Positions 25,793-37,968 of a stretch of DNA of 64,000 bases are shown here, in pieces. Position 1 is the stretch's first letter; each line of letters starts with the position of its first letter. The translations under genes and the position numbers were made by a program. This DNA is from Dudresnaya verticillata (Eukaryota), in assembly GCA_977862235.1 (NCBI GenBank), contig OZ374559.1, forward strand, positions 124,001 through 188,000, read 5' to 3'. The notes beneath the pieces were generated by a model that worked only from the letters and a program-made list of their open reading frames with translations, was not told the DNA's origin and made no database searches.

Positions 25793-27099
25793 CCGTTTCG
25801 TTGGAAACGCGGAGGTACGTAGAATGTTCGAGGCTTTGGTGCCGCGAGGGTGTCTGTGGATGTATCCATGTGTTTTGTGAAGGCTACTGGCTTTAGTCTT
25901 GGTCCCCTGACATGTCCATCCTTGCACGATGGACTCGTTTTCGGTTTCGGGTCCGTAGAACTTGGGAGAGGAGGGACTGTGGGGGCTGTAGTAGCTCTTC
26001 AGACTCGCTCCGTTGCTGTTGCTTCTTGATGGCGCGGATATGGGAGCGTATGGTAAGTTGGAGAGTTCGATACTCTTTCTTTGCTCTCTCTCGTGTTGGC
26101 GGAGTTCCTGCTGCCTTCATTTGTCGATAAGCTCGAGCCCGTCGGCAGCGTAATGGGTGGCTTGTTAGGTATGGCTGAGTGGGAGAGTAGAAGCTTGCAG
26201 GGTTTTTCTAGAAGCTTCGGGAGCTCATCCATGATTTTCTTGGCCTCATGGCGATTGTTGGCATTTCTAGGTCACTGGATGTATGTCGGTAGTGTATTTC
26301 CGTAGGCACGTCGCACTATGTTATGGTATCGGGGGTTAGCAAGGAGCGGTTTTTCGATTCTGCAGCTTCGTTTCTCGGGGACATGGTCGAGCTGCAATTG
26401 TGCTCGAGGTGGGCTGTGGCTGGCGCTGCGGGAGTTTTACCAGGACAGGAGCGTGATCACTAGCCCCGTCCCATTCCCCCGTTGCAACAAACGGGTTGAG
26501 GGACCCCGAGGCACTGTACAGGCAGATATCAATGGTGCTCATATCTCCACTTCCGTTGGAGCTGAAGAAAGTCGGTTGCGGCGGTGCGTGGACGGTAAGG
26601 GGTTTCGGGAGCACCACTTAGATATTGCCGCTCCTTTCTCATTTTTCCGTTTGCACCGTGCCGTACTGCGTGCGTTGAGGTCACCAATGATGAGTGTAGG
26701 TCCACGCGATCTCGGTTTTACAGTGCCCAGAATGGTTCTGATGTCTTCTTTTCCGGCCCTGGGGCTAATATAGGCACCGACTATGTCACCGACATCGGCG
26801 ACTTCGAGGCATAGTAGTTGATATAACGCCGGATGTGGTGGCTGGGGTAGGATGGAATATAGAACAGATGCTTTGAGTTGTGGCTGGCTGACCATTGCAA
26901 TACCTCCGAGCAATGGACCGTTGGTCCCAGCACGCGTTGCCGGAATTGTAAAGGAGGGGTGGGGCAGGTTATGATGTTGTGATGGAGGTGTGTGTGTTTC
27001 GCTGAGTAGTAGGATTTGAGCTTGGGCGGTGTTCAGGAGCGTTATAACGTCTGGAAGGCATGCATGTAGGCCTGCGACGTTCCAAGTCCCCACTAGCAT
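25793..27099 (-). mobile_element. LINE fragment: APE endonuclease end of ORF2, degenerate, RT missing
   Basis: GTWNVAG, LSETH, IIGDLNAR, TIDI and SDH motifs across frameshifted ORFs 26539-27099 and 26336-26617. Confidence 0.8.
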
Positions 27100-27989
27100 G
27101 TTTCTCCTATGTTATGGGGACCCGCTTTTGCGGGAGGTGTGGTGTTGGAATTACAGGAGGCTTGGTCTTCATGTCTAGCAGGCATTCGGTTGGAGTTGGC
27201 CACGGTCCTGTTTTTCCAATGGGGTAAGATTCGCGAAGCCGCGCGCGGTGATGGGCGGGTACTGTTGTATGGTGGGGCTTCTTTGGGAATCATTTCTGGC
27301 TTGCGAGTATGGGTGGGTGTCCATAGGGTCTGCATTTGAAAGACGGGAGAGATCGTGGGGTCCAGAGATTTGATTTTGGGTTGCATCCGGTATTGTTGTG
27401 TTGAACCCAGTCCCCGGAGGTACTGTCTTGTCTTGAGGGGCGGTCTCATTTTGTGAGAGTCCATCATCTGCAAATGGACAAACCCAATGGAATGAATTTA
27501 CGATACGGGTTGGCAGGAGCGCTGTGGAAGGCCGAGTGATTGATTTTGGCCATTAGTAGCGATCCGTGCTTGAAACAATGATGTTTAATAGCCAGCTGGG
27601 GCAAGTTTGCGCAGCCTCCTCCCCTATTGGGAGAGCCTCCCAGCAGCAACAGAACTACCCTTAATTACTATTGTCATGCGACGATTATATTTGGTTATTC
27701 GGATATACTAACAGCATTGGTTCCTATTACCCGTTAAAGAGAGAGGTACCAGTCTGAAAGAAGGAAGGGAGGACGGGAAAGAGAGAGGCACACCCGGGAG
27801 ACTCTGTCGACCTGGTGGGTGCACTCTCATCTCAAGTAGAGACTCCATGCGGCGGCGGCGAAAGCGAGCTGATCCATTCCTTACAGCCTGTGATCCATAC
27901 CGGATGACCCGAATCCGGATTTTAATGGATCACAGCATCGTACGCGGCGAGATGTGCACACGCATGCACACCCTTGCTATGCATTTTCA

Positions 27990-29126
27990 TTACGTTTCAT
28001 GCGCATAAAGAGGCTCTACACCACATGAAACCCCCGCATAATATCCGAGGCATGAACCGGTGCCACAAAGCGGCAGCTGTCGAATCATGCGACTGTGGAA
28101 ACGGTATCGGGGCAGGGAAGGCCGGCTCCGCTCCCGAAAAACCAGAAAGACCCGGAGCGTGCGATCGAAATAAAGATGAGCCATGGCGTCACTATTTGGG
28201 CCCCAGCCGAAACGAGCAAGCCGCACCGCGAGCGGGATGCCCAACAGTACTTGTTCGGTGTGGGCACCGATACGTAACGAATGTGACGTAAATTTCCCAT
28301 GCAGGGGCGGCTGGAGTGCGAGATGTTGTAAGCAACGCTGGAGGGCATCATTCAGTAATGTCCGTGCCGTCTCTGCGCTCTCCCCAGGAAGGGCGAAGAA
28401 GCGACTTATAGGACGTGTTCCACGAACCGCGTCCCAACGGCTCCAGAGGTCAATCGGGGACTGGAGTGACGGTAAGCGGTCGTACCGTACCAGTGCCACC
28501 TTGCTCGCCCGTTGGCCCTTTACCATTGTCAGGCGAGCAATCACATGACTCTCCTCCAGGTCCACGTTGACGGACAACTGTGAATTCACAGAGCTCTCTC
28601 GAAGATCATTAAAACAAAACGACCATACCACCATGGCACAATCACGGATAACTCTGATAGTTGGGCTTGTCATCCCTAATGCCCATATCTGATGAACGAA
28701 CTTGGCACGTATTCCACACCGGACACTTGCAGCTGGGTATGTGTCTTCTTCCCATCGGGAGTACGCCCGCAGTACATGCGAGACGAACGGAAAGGACGGG
28801 ACGTGTTCACCCGTCAGCAGACGTTGCATCTGTCTGACGGCACTGAGGTACTGAGGCACCGATGCGGACCCAACGCGACGGGTCCCTCGTTCTCGCGCTA
28901 GGCACAGCCATCCAATATATGCGACCATGTGTCCCTCGGTGACTGGGAGAATTGTTCGGTTCTCCTCAGTACAGAACTGGACCCATGTCTCCCATTGGCT
29001 GTTCCTAGATTGCGCAGTACGTGGGCTCCATGCAAAAGAGGCCACCAGCTGTAGCGAACGCTGAGCCCCTTCACTGGTACCCGCGATAGCCTGTACGCGT
29101 GATGAACCGGCTGCAGCAAGTCTCAT
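27990..29126 (-). CDS. Tyrosine recombinase
   Basis: Catalytic pattern LRES ... HSLRIG ... FGW ... HLYF; the 3' end probably runs on past the true stop. Confidence 0.85.
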   Translation of the reverse strand: MRLAAAGSSRVQAIAGTSEGAQRSLQLVASFAWSPRTAQSRNSQWETWVQFCTEENRTILPVTEGHMVAYIGWLCLARERGTRRVGSASVPQYLSAVRQMQRLLTGEHVPSFPFVSHVLRAYSRWEEDTYPAASVRCGIRAKFVHQIWALGMTSPTIRVIRDCAMVVWSFCFNDLRESSVNSQLSVNVDLEESHVIARLTMVKGQRASKVALVRYDRLPSLQSPIDLWSRWDAVRGTRPISRFFALPGESAETARTLLNDALQRCLQHLALQPPLHGKFTSHSLRIGAHTEQVLLGIPLAVRLARFGWGPNSDAMAHLYFDRTLRVFLVFRERSRPSLPRYRFHSRMIRQLPLCGTGSCLGYYAGVSCGVEPLYAHET

Positions 29127-29143
29127 TCAAGCAGTGGACCGAG

Positions 29144-30706
29144 TTAAAGGTTGATCTCCAAAGCCAGGAGACGCCACTGCGGGTTCAGTGTGCGTTGTGC
29201 CTCCCATACGTCCGTGGTGTTGAGTGGGAGCCGTCGTACCCGGCCGGCCAGACGCATCGAAGCGTGGTACCAAGGCTGGCGTGGCCATTCTGGTATCAGG
29301 AGGACTGCAGGGGCCTCAGTGCGCTGTAACTTGGGTACTTTCGCCTGTATCAGGTCCACTGGCGGTGATAACAGCCGTACTTGGTCCGTCGCGTGCCAAG
29401 GCACGTCCAGTTCCCGAAAGGCTTGACGGCATCGGAAGACAGGATGCTCTCCCAACGGCCGGTAACGAAACGATTGGACTGGTGCTGCCATTCCATCCCG
29501 CACGGAACGCAGCAGCTGCTTGCGGATCTGGAAGTCGCCGGCCGGGAACCGTCGCGAGAGGGCATCTGCGAAACGGTTTGCGGCCGAAGGAATCCACTCG
29601 CTGCGGATGTTCAGCCCCAGTTGATCCAGGACCACCTTCAAACGTCGCAGCTTGCGCATCATGGGACGACTGGAGGAAGCAAAGGCATTCGCGACATGGA
29701 CTACAGCCTGATTGTCGACGTGTAGCAGCAGGTTCTTATTTTCTGGAGCGGTCAACTTGCTCCCGAGCTTGCCGGCGAGGGGCTTTCGGATTGCCTTCAA
29801 CTCCCGCAGAGAGATGCAGGAAGCTCGGTCTCGCCAGCTCCATACTCCCTGTGCGCGCCATTTTCCATCGATTCCAGGAAGAAAGCTGCGGAAATTTAGG
29901 GTCCCTCCATATCTAAAGTCGGCGGCGTCGGTATGCATCGCGGCATCGGGCTGTACCGGGTGCATGCAGCGTCCCTGCAGTTCGGCTGTGGACAACTCCT
30001 TCCACTTCAACAAGTCCCGTATGCCCTGGTGACTGATCCGACGCCTCCCACGTTGATCCATGCGTGCTTTGGACAGTTCCCAGTATAGTGATCGGGTGTA
30101 GAAGCGCGCCCATGGCATAGCCAGCGTAAGCGACACGCATACACCACAGAAGTGACGCAGGGCTCTCTCTGAGACCCATCGGCGACCGACGCGTACTTCC
30201 TTGAGGAGTCGGCGCGCTAAAAAGCGTACTTTCTCGACCTTCCGCAACTGGACGAAGAACTTCATCTGCTTCGTGTCCACGACGACCCCAAGGTGACTGA
30301 CTACCTGCGCACCTTGCCATTCTCCCTTCGTCGCGTGACGGGAGAGCCCCAAGTTCCTCATCAGCTTGTCTATCGCTCTCGTAGCAACCTGGCAGTCCTC
30401 TACCGAAGCTACGACACCAAGAGGGGAGGGCGAGATCAAGAAATCGTCGAGGTAGGCGAGGACGCGGAGTCCCCGTCTCCGTAACTCCGTTACGAACGGC
30501 ACCATGAAGCGGGTGAACCACATTGGTGAGCGCTCCCATCCAAAGGGTAATGCGATGCAGCGGAAGTAACGCCGGTGGTACTTGAACAGGAACCAGTCCC
30601 GCATCCAAGGGGCTAAACGAAGGTGTCTGTATCCCTTCTCGATATCCATCGAGAGCAGATAATCTCCCTGTTGTAGCCCACTTGCGAACTCCGCCACCGA
30701 CTCCAT
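29144..30706 (-). CDS. Reverse transcriptase / RNase H of the YR element (N-terminus frameshifted)
   Basis: DIEKGY, LPFG, YLDD; TDAA, ELKAI, VDN, NRFADALSR. Confidence 0.9.
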   Translation of the reverse strand: MESVAEFASGLQQGDYLLSMDIEKGYRHLRLAPWMRDWFLFKYHRRYFRCIALPFGWERSPMWFTRFMVPFVTELRRRGLRVLAYLDDFLISPSPLGVVASVEDCQVATRAIDKLMRNLGLSRHATKGEWQGAQVVSHLGVVVDTKQMKFFVQLRKVEKVRFLARRLLKEVRVGRRWVSERALRHFCGVCVSLTLAMPWARFYTRSLYWELSKARMDQRGRRRISHQGIRDLLKWKELSTAELQGRCMHPVQPDAAMHTDAADFRYGGTLNFRSFLPGIDGKWRAQGVWSWRDRASCISLRELKAIRKPLAGKLGSKLTAPENKNLLLHVDNQAVVHVANAFASSSRPMMRKLRRLKVVLDQLGLNIRSEWIPSAANRFADALSRRFPAGDFQIRKQLLRSVRDGMAAPVQSFRYRPLGEHPVFRCRQAFRELDVPWHATDQVRLLSPPVDLIQAKVPKLQRTEAPAVLLIPEWPRQPWYHASMRLAGRVRRLPLNTTDVWEAQRTLNPQWRLLALEINL

Positions 30707-31100
30707 TCTGACGGAGGCCTTGTCCCAGTGTTTGGACTGCTTGGAAACGTTCAGTACGAAACGTCCCTTTTTCCATTCTCGGTCTCCTGCCAGACGGTGA
30801 AGGCCGAAGAAGGGATCGCTCCCTGAACCACCGCCTTGTCCACGTGCTCCCTGCCGACCTCCTCGTAAATACCCGTCCTGCAGCCTTCCTCCAAGTCTGC
30901 AAATGCAAACTGGAGATCCTCTTCGGTCTGGGGAAGATTCCCGAGCTCATCGCCTTGACCAGGAATGAACGGGCGAGCAGGCAAGTCGCTCACGCCGAAC
31001 TTGATCGCTCGGTAGAGGAATTCCGAGCAACCGAGATCGCGCCATGCTTCAGATCGCTTCTGAGTCTTTCTCCAAAGCGGGCGCGGATAGCCAATGTCGA

Positions 31101-31781
31101 CTACTGGTCCTTGGCGGCGCCACCCCTACCTCCGGCACGCTTTGTAGCGTTGCTCGCGCTTAGGGTGGCTACCGCCTTCATCAATTGCGTAGCCATGTGA
31201 GATTCCAGTTTCTCCATTGGCTCTACCAAGTCATCCGCAGCAGGCATATCAGCTCTTGCTTCCAGAGTAGGCATGAACAGTTTGGCATATGTCGGGTCCT
31301 TGGACGCCAATTTGTAGAACTCGCACCGCAATCCGACAACTCTTAGAGCGTACCGGATGGACATGAGAACCCACACGTCCAACTTGAGGGCGTCGTCGTC
31401 CTGCTTCTCTTGCAAAGCTTCCTGACGTAGTGCTATTGCAGCCTCGTGGAAGGACATCCAATAACCCGACGCGTTGATGTAGTTCGCCTCGTACTCGGCG
31501 ACAGGGCGTAGACTATTATGCTTTTCCATATGCTTGCGGATGGGCCACTCTCGGTGCTCGAAGAAGCCGCCAGTGAAGGCATTCACCGAGGAGCCTTGCT
31601 CATAAGGATACCGGCTCAGCCCGAAGTCCTTGTCGTCACGGTATCGCCGAGCAATCTTGGCATAGGCCGTCATCCATGTCGGGTCAATCTCGGTGTCTGC
31701 CAGGGTCATTCCAGCAGTAACCTTCCTGGCCTTCACGATCAACGCGCTGAGTTCCGCGAAACTGGTATCAAAGATACCCAT
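31101..31781 (-). CDS. Putative gag-like ORF1 of the YR element
   Basis: Position: 226-aa ATG ORF between the 5' repeat and the RT ORF. Confidence 0.55.
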   Translation of the reverse strand: MGIFDTSFAELSALIVKARKVTAGMTLADTEIDPTWMTAYAKIARRYRDDKDFGLSRYPYEQGSSVNAFTGGFFEHREWPIRKHMEKHNSLRPVAEYEANYINASGYWMSFHEAAIALRQEALQEKQDDDALKLDVWVLMSIRYALRVVGLRCEFYKLASKDPTYAKLFMPTLEARADMPAADDLVEPMEKLESHMATQLMKAVATLSASNATKRAGGRGGAAKDQ

Positions 31782-32715
31782 CGTGACAATAGAAAGGGGT
31801 CGGGGTAGCTCGCTACCCTCTTAGCCGTCTTCGTTTGGCTCTCTTGAAACAAGCCTACCGCCAGAGATTCTGGGGACTCTCTTGGAAAGAGAGAGGCACA
31901 CCCGGGAGACTCTGTCGACCTGGTGGGTGCACTCTCGTCTCAAGTAGAGACTCGATGCGGCGGCGACGAAAGCGAGCTGATCCATTCCTTACAGCCTTTG
32001 ATCCATACCGGATGACCCGAATCCGGATTTTAATGGATCACAGCATCGTACGCGGCGAGACGTGCACACGCATGCACACCCTTGCTATGCATTGTCATTA
32101 CGTTCATGCGCATAAAGAGGCTCTACACCACATGTAAACGACAGCGAACAAACGGGTGGGCGATAGAAAACGTTCGAAACTGCGTTTGGTACCATTGTGC
32201 AGTGGGAAAGTGTGGAGTTAATTTTCCATTGCGCCACCAGCGCTTGGCGACGTTCACGACGTGTGATTCCATTGTTGTGCTGTTCCCGTCTTGATTAGGG
32301 GGTTTGATGTGTAGTGCCAGGGGGGCCCGTTTCGCTTTCAAGCGGGTTGATATGCAGCGTCTACCGACGGACGACCGCCAACGGCGCGCTCAACCCACCC
32401 GCGGCGCAAACACGTCACCGACGCATGCCGCTGGGCACTTGGGCCAGAACGGCTCGCTGGGCGTGCAGACCGCACGCCTGACCCCGGCCACTGTACGGCG
32501 CCACGCGTACGCGCATGGCGCAGTGGCGGGAACGTTCGCTGTAAGCGTGGCCCGAATCCGGATCCAATCGGGATCCCACATCGGGATCCCACATCGGGAT
32601 TAAGGGGTGTAGGGCACGCGCCTAAAGCCTAGCGCATCCGCATCGCTGGCCCGAATCCGGACTGGATCGGGATTGGTGCGGATCGAGATCGCTCGCGCCA
32701 AGGGGCGCATGCGGC

Positions 32716-34604
32716 TGTAAGGAAATAATCCACGTGTAGGTGTAAGGACTCGAGCGGGGAAGCTACGCGTGATCTGTCAGGAGCGCGGCTGCATGACGGA
32801 CGGATCTGTCAGACACGCCTCGGGACGACACGTGTCCTGAGTTCCCGCGTGACGCGTACATCCGCGTCGCCGCCGCTAGGTAATTCTATACTTATTTGAT
32901 CCGTCTCAGACGACACAGTAAACCCCGGCAAGCCGGCCTTGGTCCAGACTTCCCCGTTCAGCACGCGCGTACCCTACCGCTGCCTACGGCTAAGCGTCTA
33001 CCTCCGTGCTTCCACGTCTCTACCCGTCCTTGACGTGTTCCCTTTCTGTTCTCTTTTGTTCTTCTTTTCCGCCTCAGGCGTTTACAGTCCGCCCAAGGCG
33101 AGTAAACAGCTCTACCACCCGTCGCCCACGGCGAGGCTACTCATCGCCGCAGGCGTCGCTACCCACCGAGCTCCGAACTGCTCGGCGGTGTTCCGTCATC
33201 GACGTTTGCACTACAACTGGTCTCCCGACCTAGAAGTGTGCGACGTTTCAACGAGTTACTCCGTCGTGCGACGTCCGACCTTCCGTCTCTAGACGTTCGT
33301 CGTTAATCGTCCACGACGTTCAAGCAACTCTACGACTGTATTATGGCCTCACGACCGCCGCCGTCGCGAGGCCCCAGTTCAAGAAGACCGTCATCGACGC
33401 CGGGAAGTGTTCCTGCGTCGGGGCGGTCGCTACAGCGGATGACAACGAGGTCTGGGCGCCTCGTGAGCCCCGAGATCGCATCGGCCTTCCCGACCGGTCC
33501 TGGCCACGACCACTCCCATATATCGCTCAACAGGGGCGAAGTACCTCCCCCGCCGGTACCCGTCGTTATCCGCACCACCGTTTCCAACGAATCGGCCCTC
33601 CGAACCTACCACTCGCACGTGGATTCTGCTGACACGGTACAAGCCGAACAGCGACCTGTCTAGGACGGAGCCCAAGCCGACATCGTCGAGGAACAACCGG
33701 AAGTTCCGGTTCACCGACCAGCCTTACCCGTCAACGACGACCAGGGACGCCCTGCAGGGCGCGACGTCGTAGACGAATCACCAATCCCAAGGGGCTGCTG
33801 CCCCTCACCCCACGGCAGTGCCGGATGTTCACCGGCCAGGCCGTTAACGCAACCGCGCAGCACGGGAGGTCCGCTGCAGGCGTCGACCCCCGCGCACATA
33901 CCGCCAATGGCGTCCCCAAAATCCGCCCTCGTTGGCAATCTCACGATACCTCGCGAGCGGATTCGGGAAGTATGCGTCGCTGAAGACGATAAATTACTCG
34001 CTCGATTTGCGGGAATGCTCGACGACAATGTCGGAGGTATTTTCAGCCGTCTGCAGACGTTGGAAGAAGATCGGGACGGTGCCCTTCAAGGACTCCGTTC
34101 CGACCTCGACCGTCTGATGACGAACCCCAACCATGGGGTAGATGCCCCGCAGCCAGCGGCATTGACGGTCCACTCTCAGTCGGAACTGAGTTCTCGCGAA
34201 CGCTTTCAGCGATTAGCAACCCGCTTGGAGCGACTGGAAACCGCCAAATGGCGCCAAGGGCCGCCGTCTGATGACGATAGTTCCGAGGAAGGCCGACGCA
34301 AAGATCGTAAGAAACGGCGCAAGAATCGTCTCAAGTCGCGTCATGGACGGAAGAAGAACCGTCACCGACGAGGGGACTCATCCTCATCCTCTTCGGACAT
34401 GTCTAGTGACGAGGGCTCAACCGGCTCTTCGTCAGGCGACGACGCCCACGTGACTCAGGGCAGTGCAATACGACCCCGCGGAAAGCGATACAAGGGACTG
34501 AAGGAGCTAAGCCCCTCCAATCCTGTTTTCGACCAGCTGCTATCGTACCGCACATACCGTCTCCAAGACGTAGGACAGAAGCGCTCTGGACGCGAAACCG
34601 GGAA
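32716..34604 (+). mobile_element. Ty3/gypsy element, 5' part (LTR, PBS, start of gag)
   Basis: Candidate LTR from TGTAAGG (32716 or 32741) to CTACA (33215), followed by PBS-like TGGTCTCCCGACC. Gag ORF 33907- is cut at RETG and resumes at 58564. Confidence 0.8.
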
Positions 34605-35280
34605 CTTCCCGGATTTCCGGGTTTTCAGAATCTGTGTTCCGAATAAGTCTGAAAAAAATGTTAATGGAATGACGATTTCTATATTGCGTTGGACTGGGAA
34701 GAGGGAGCTGAGAAGAATGGTGGAATCGGTTTTGGGATAGCATGCACGGTTGCGGAGTTACAGCATGCCGCATATAGGGGTGAAATGCCCCGAAACTTTC
34801 GCGAAAGTTTCGAAACTTTCGGAATTTCCGAATTAAAATTTATCCAGAACTTGCACTGCCGCCTGCTGCCCTCCCGGGCGCGCCTGGCAGCGCACCGACG
34901 CTCGTGCTTCAGCACGCTTGGCCCCGCCCGCCGCATCCCCGGCCCGCCCTGAGCTGTGTTCAAGGGCGCAGTGTCGCCCCGCACGACTGGTACTGCTTGG
35001 CCGCCAGGGTAAATCTGGAGGGTAAACCAGTCATGCGAGGCGCTCACGCACTCACGTGCTGGTACCAGTACCACCCCTTCCCGCACGTGCGCATCATTCC
35101 ACTTCGGATCCTGGACCAGTACGGCTCACCTCGCGCAGCAGCTCCACCTCCATCGCGCGTGCCACGCACCTCCTCTACCGCCATCTCGCGTGCGCCACAC
35201 CATCTCTACCGTCATCGCGCATCTCACATCAAACTGCGCATGAGGTTCGCCACGCCTCGCCCCTGCCGCCCTCCCCATCA
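34605..35280 (+). repeat. Left terminal inverted repeat
   Basis: Reverse complement of 57963-58563; the outer ~270 bp are highly similar, the inner part is diverged. Contains the perfect palindrome CGAAACTTTCGCGAAAGTTTCG at 34791-34812. Confidence 0.9.
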
Positions 35281-35299
35281 CCCCGCACCCGTAAGAACA

Positions 35300-37067
35300 G
35301 GCGACTCTTGCATAAACAACACGCCCTGCACAGCGCCCCCAGCCGCGGAGTCTCGCGCTGCGCAAACCGTCGCAGATGAGCCCAACAGCGAGGGAGACCT
35401 GTCCCCACCGCCGGGTGGCGCGTCATCAGCGGATGAGGCCCCCGAACCACAAGAAGAAGACGACGACCAGCCAGATGACGATGGCGATGGACTGCAGAGA
35501 TTGGTTTCCGATTTTGTCGCGTGGCACGACTCCATGGTCCAGGTCTGTTCAGACCTGCACGGGAAGTCCTTAGAAGAGCTGCAGAGTGACTTCTATGCTG
35601 CCACTGAATCCAAGCCCGCGTCATGTACCCTCTTTGCCAACGATGCTCGCTCGTGCGAACCCCTCCCGCGCGACCTCGCAGACTACGCCATCATTTCCAC
35701 CCTTAAAGTGTAGAATTCCCTGGCAATGCAGAACGCTGCATCTTGGCTGTTTAACATGATGGACCGCACTGGTGCTGGCTACGTCATACGGGATGATTAT
35801 GGGCGCTTCGCCGCGTTTTTCTGACCAGTTGCGGATGCCGCGGTTGCAGGGCTTGTATTTGATGAGCTTGTGCCATAGCTGACCGAGCGTGCCGCAGAAG
35901 AAGAGGCGTTAGCAGCCTTGCAGGACTCCAAACAGAACGGCCCTCGCTTTGAGAGGGCTGCGTAACTGGAACGTGCGAGAAGTTAACGAGGAAGCGCAGC
36001 CAAGCCGTTGCAGAGGGCTTACGTCGACTTCGACCTTTTGCATGCATGGTCAGTGCAAATGGTGATGCTGCATCACTTGTATGTCAAGATGCGGGCTGTG
36101 ACATCGACAGCTTTCCCGTTGCTACAATGGTGACTTCTCGGTCAGCAGCCTGTCAGGCGACGGGGCTCCCCTGCACGACATTTATCCGCCAGCTGTTGCG
36201 TTGCGGTATGCGATCTGGTGCCCATTCTTTCTCGCTGTTCAAGACAACTGCCACTAACAAGAAGATGACTGGCTCAACTTACAACAGCGGCTGGGTATCG
36301 ATGCGGGTGAAAGTCTGGTCAATTCGCAAGATGCGTTGGATCTCAGTGCTTTGTTTCATACATTGGGAAAGCTGTACCTTAGCCAGAGGTATCATATTTT
36401 ATTTCCATCTGTTGGCAGGAATCGTTAGTTTGTGAGGTCTGCGGCTATCGTAGCTGTGTCCACGACAGACAGAGATATCTTTCATGATGCGTGACTGCTT
36501 GTTTTCAATACGTCTACTGTCTGAGAGGGAGGTAGCCGTTCATGGGTTATCTGAAGGAAGAGAACGCGGAAGCTGGCTCAACATATGGAAATGGTCGGCA
36601 AGGGCGTAAAGCAGATACCGGGCAAGACCCAACCCTATCGCAACATGTGTGTAAGCTTATGCGGCAATTCACATCGAGGCAGAAGCACCTTTTGTGCTGC
36701 TGTGTCGAAGTCAGAGAGATGTATAATTGCACCATTTGGGTTCATCTTACGGGGTAAATCGTAGCAGCCCACAAGCTTCACCTTCATTTGGGCTCTGTTG
36801 TCTTGCGTCAACTAATGCCCTCGTTACATCCACAGCAAACGCAAGAGAATGGCAAAGCCGGGTTGCAGTCGGGGTGCTAGGATGTGCAGGCCTCATTTTT
36901 CTTGCAATTCTATCGCAGACGCTGTTTTGTTGTTCATATTCTTCATGTTCTTTAAGCACTTCCTGCCCCCTACCAGTCGGCAATTGAAATATTGGCAGGC
37001 TTTCCATCCCTTCGTGGATAGAATCGCGACTGAAGACAATCGAGAAAGGAGTTCATTAAAGACATAA
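35300..37067 (+). pseudogene. Possible captured, decayed host gene with EF-hand-like motif and hydrophobic C-terminus
   Basis: Reading through the stop at 35713 gives WLFNMMDRTGAGYVIRDDY; hydrophobic segments lie near 36860-36960; many stops. Confidence 0.35.
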
Positions 37068-37968
37068 GGTTGACTTCCCATTCTGTCTCAGTAAATTTAC
37101 TCAACCCCGTTTTCTACTCTATCTATTCATTGCTATCACTTGAAATTCTCTCTACACGATTAAATCCTCTTCTTCTTCGCTGCTTAAGGGGTTCGTGCAG
37201 CTCCACAGTTCCGCGGACACCGAACGGACAGCTCTGGCGACAGCTGTTCTAACCGCCGTCGCTTCCCGCCTCAAGTGGCGGTAGCAGTGCATGAGGAATT
37301 CGAATTCCTCCATGCACTCGCGAGCCTCCCTTAAACAGCGCTTGACGATGTCGTGCTGGGCGCGAACATCGATGCGAAGTAGTACCACTTCTTCGTAGGC
37401 TTGTCGGATTGAATTGCGGTTCATGGTCGATGTTGGCCGTGTACGGGGAGGGAGGTCGACTTCCATCTTTAATACTGTGGACTGTGGACTGCCGCAGACA
37501 CAGCCGGTCGCCTGGTGCAGTGGGAACCAGTACCTGAGCAGGATTTGGGGGCGTCAAGTCAGTAGATAAGTGCTAACAGTAATGGAATGCCTTTGCTGCT
37601 CATCTACACGAGACGTCCAAGTCCTGCCATTCGCTTTGCCCTTCGCTAAAGGCAATGTTTCATTGCGCCAATGCCTCGGTCTGTGCACCCTGCACCAGAA
37701 TATGCATGCGTTGGACGTCCTCGTGAATCGGGCATGCTCGTATGTCACTGTGATGTCGTCAAAGTTCATTTCTGGGGATGCAGATACCTCATACTAGGTA
37801 AAAGTTGGACAATGTAGTGGAAGGGGATTTCTGGGAGCCTTTAATATCTGGGAAGAGGAAAAGAGCCCCTGATATCTCAAAACAAGGAAACGACAGACTA
37901 CCCAATCATTACTACCTTTTTTCTTGGTGGTAGTAGTAGTACTGCTGCCAATACCTTCACGGAGCGCC

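Larger units (their letters stand above)
27776..32134 (-). mobile_element. Tyrosine-recombinase retrotransposon (DIRS order; direct repeats as in Ngaro/PAT types)
   Basis: Gag-like ORF 31101-31781, RT-RNase H ORF 29144-30706, YR ORF 27990-29126. ~250-bp direct repeats at 27776-28027 and 31884-32134. Confidence 0.92.

Noticed and set aside
29913..30950. 345-aa ORF overlapping the YR-element RT
   Set aside because: Only its first part is the frameshifted RT N-terminus; the rest is an alternative frame in GC-rich DNA.
34689..34952. Similar short ORFs in both TIRs (also 58148-58534)
   Set aside because: By-products of the inverted repeat; no evidence of coding function.
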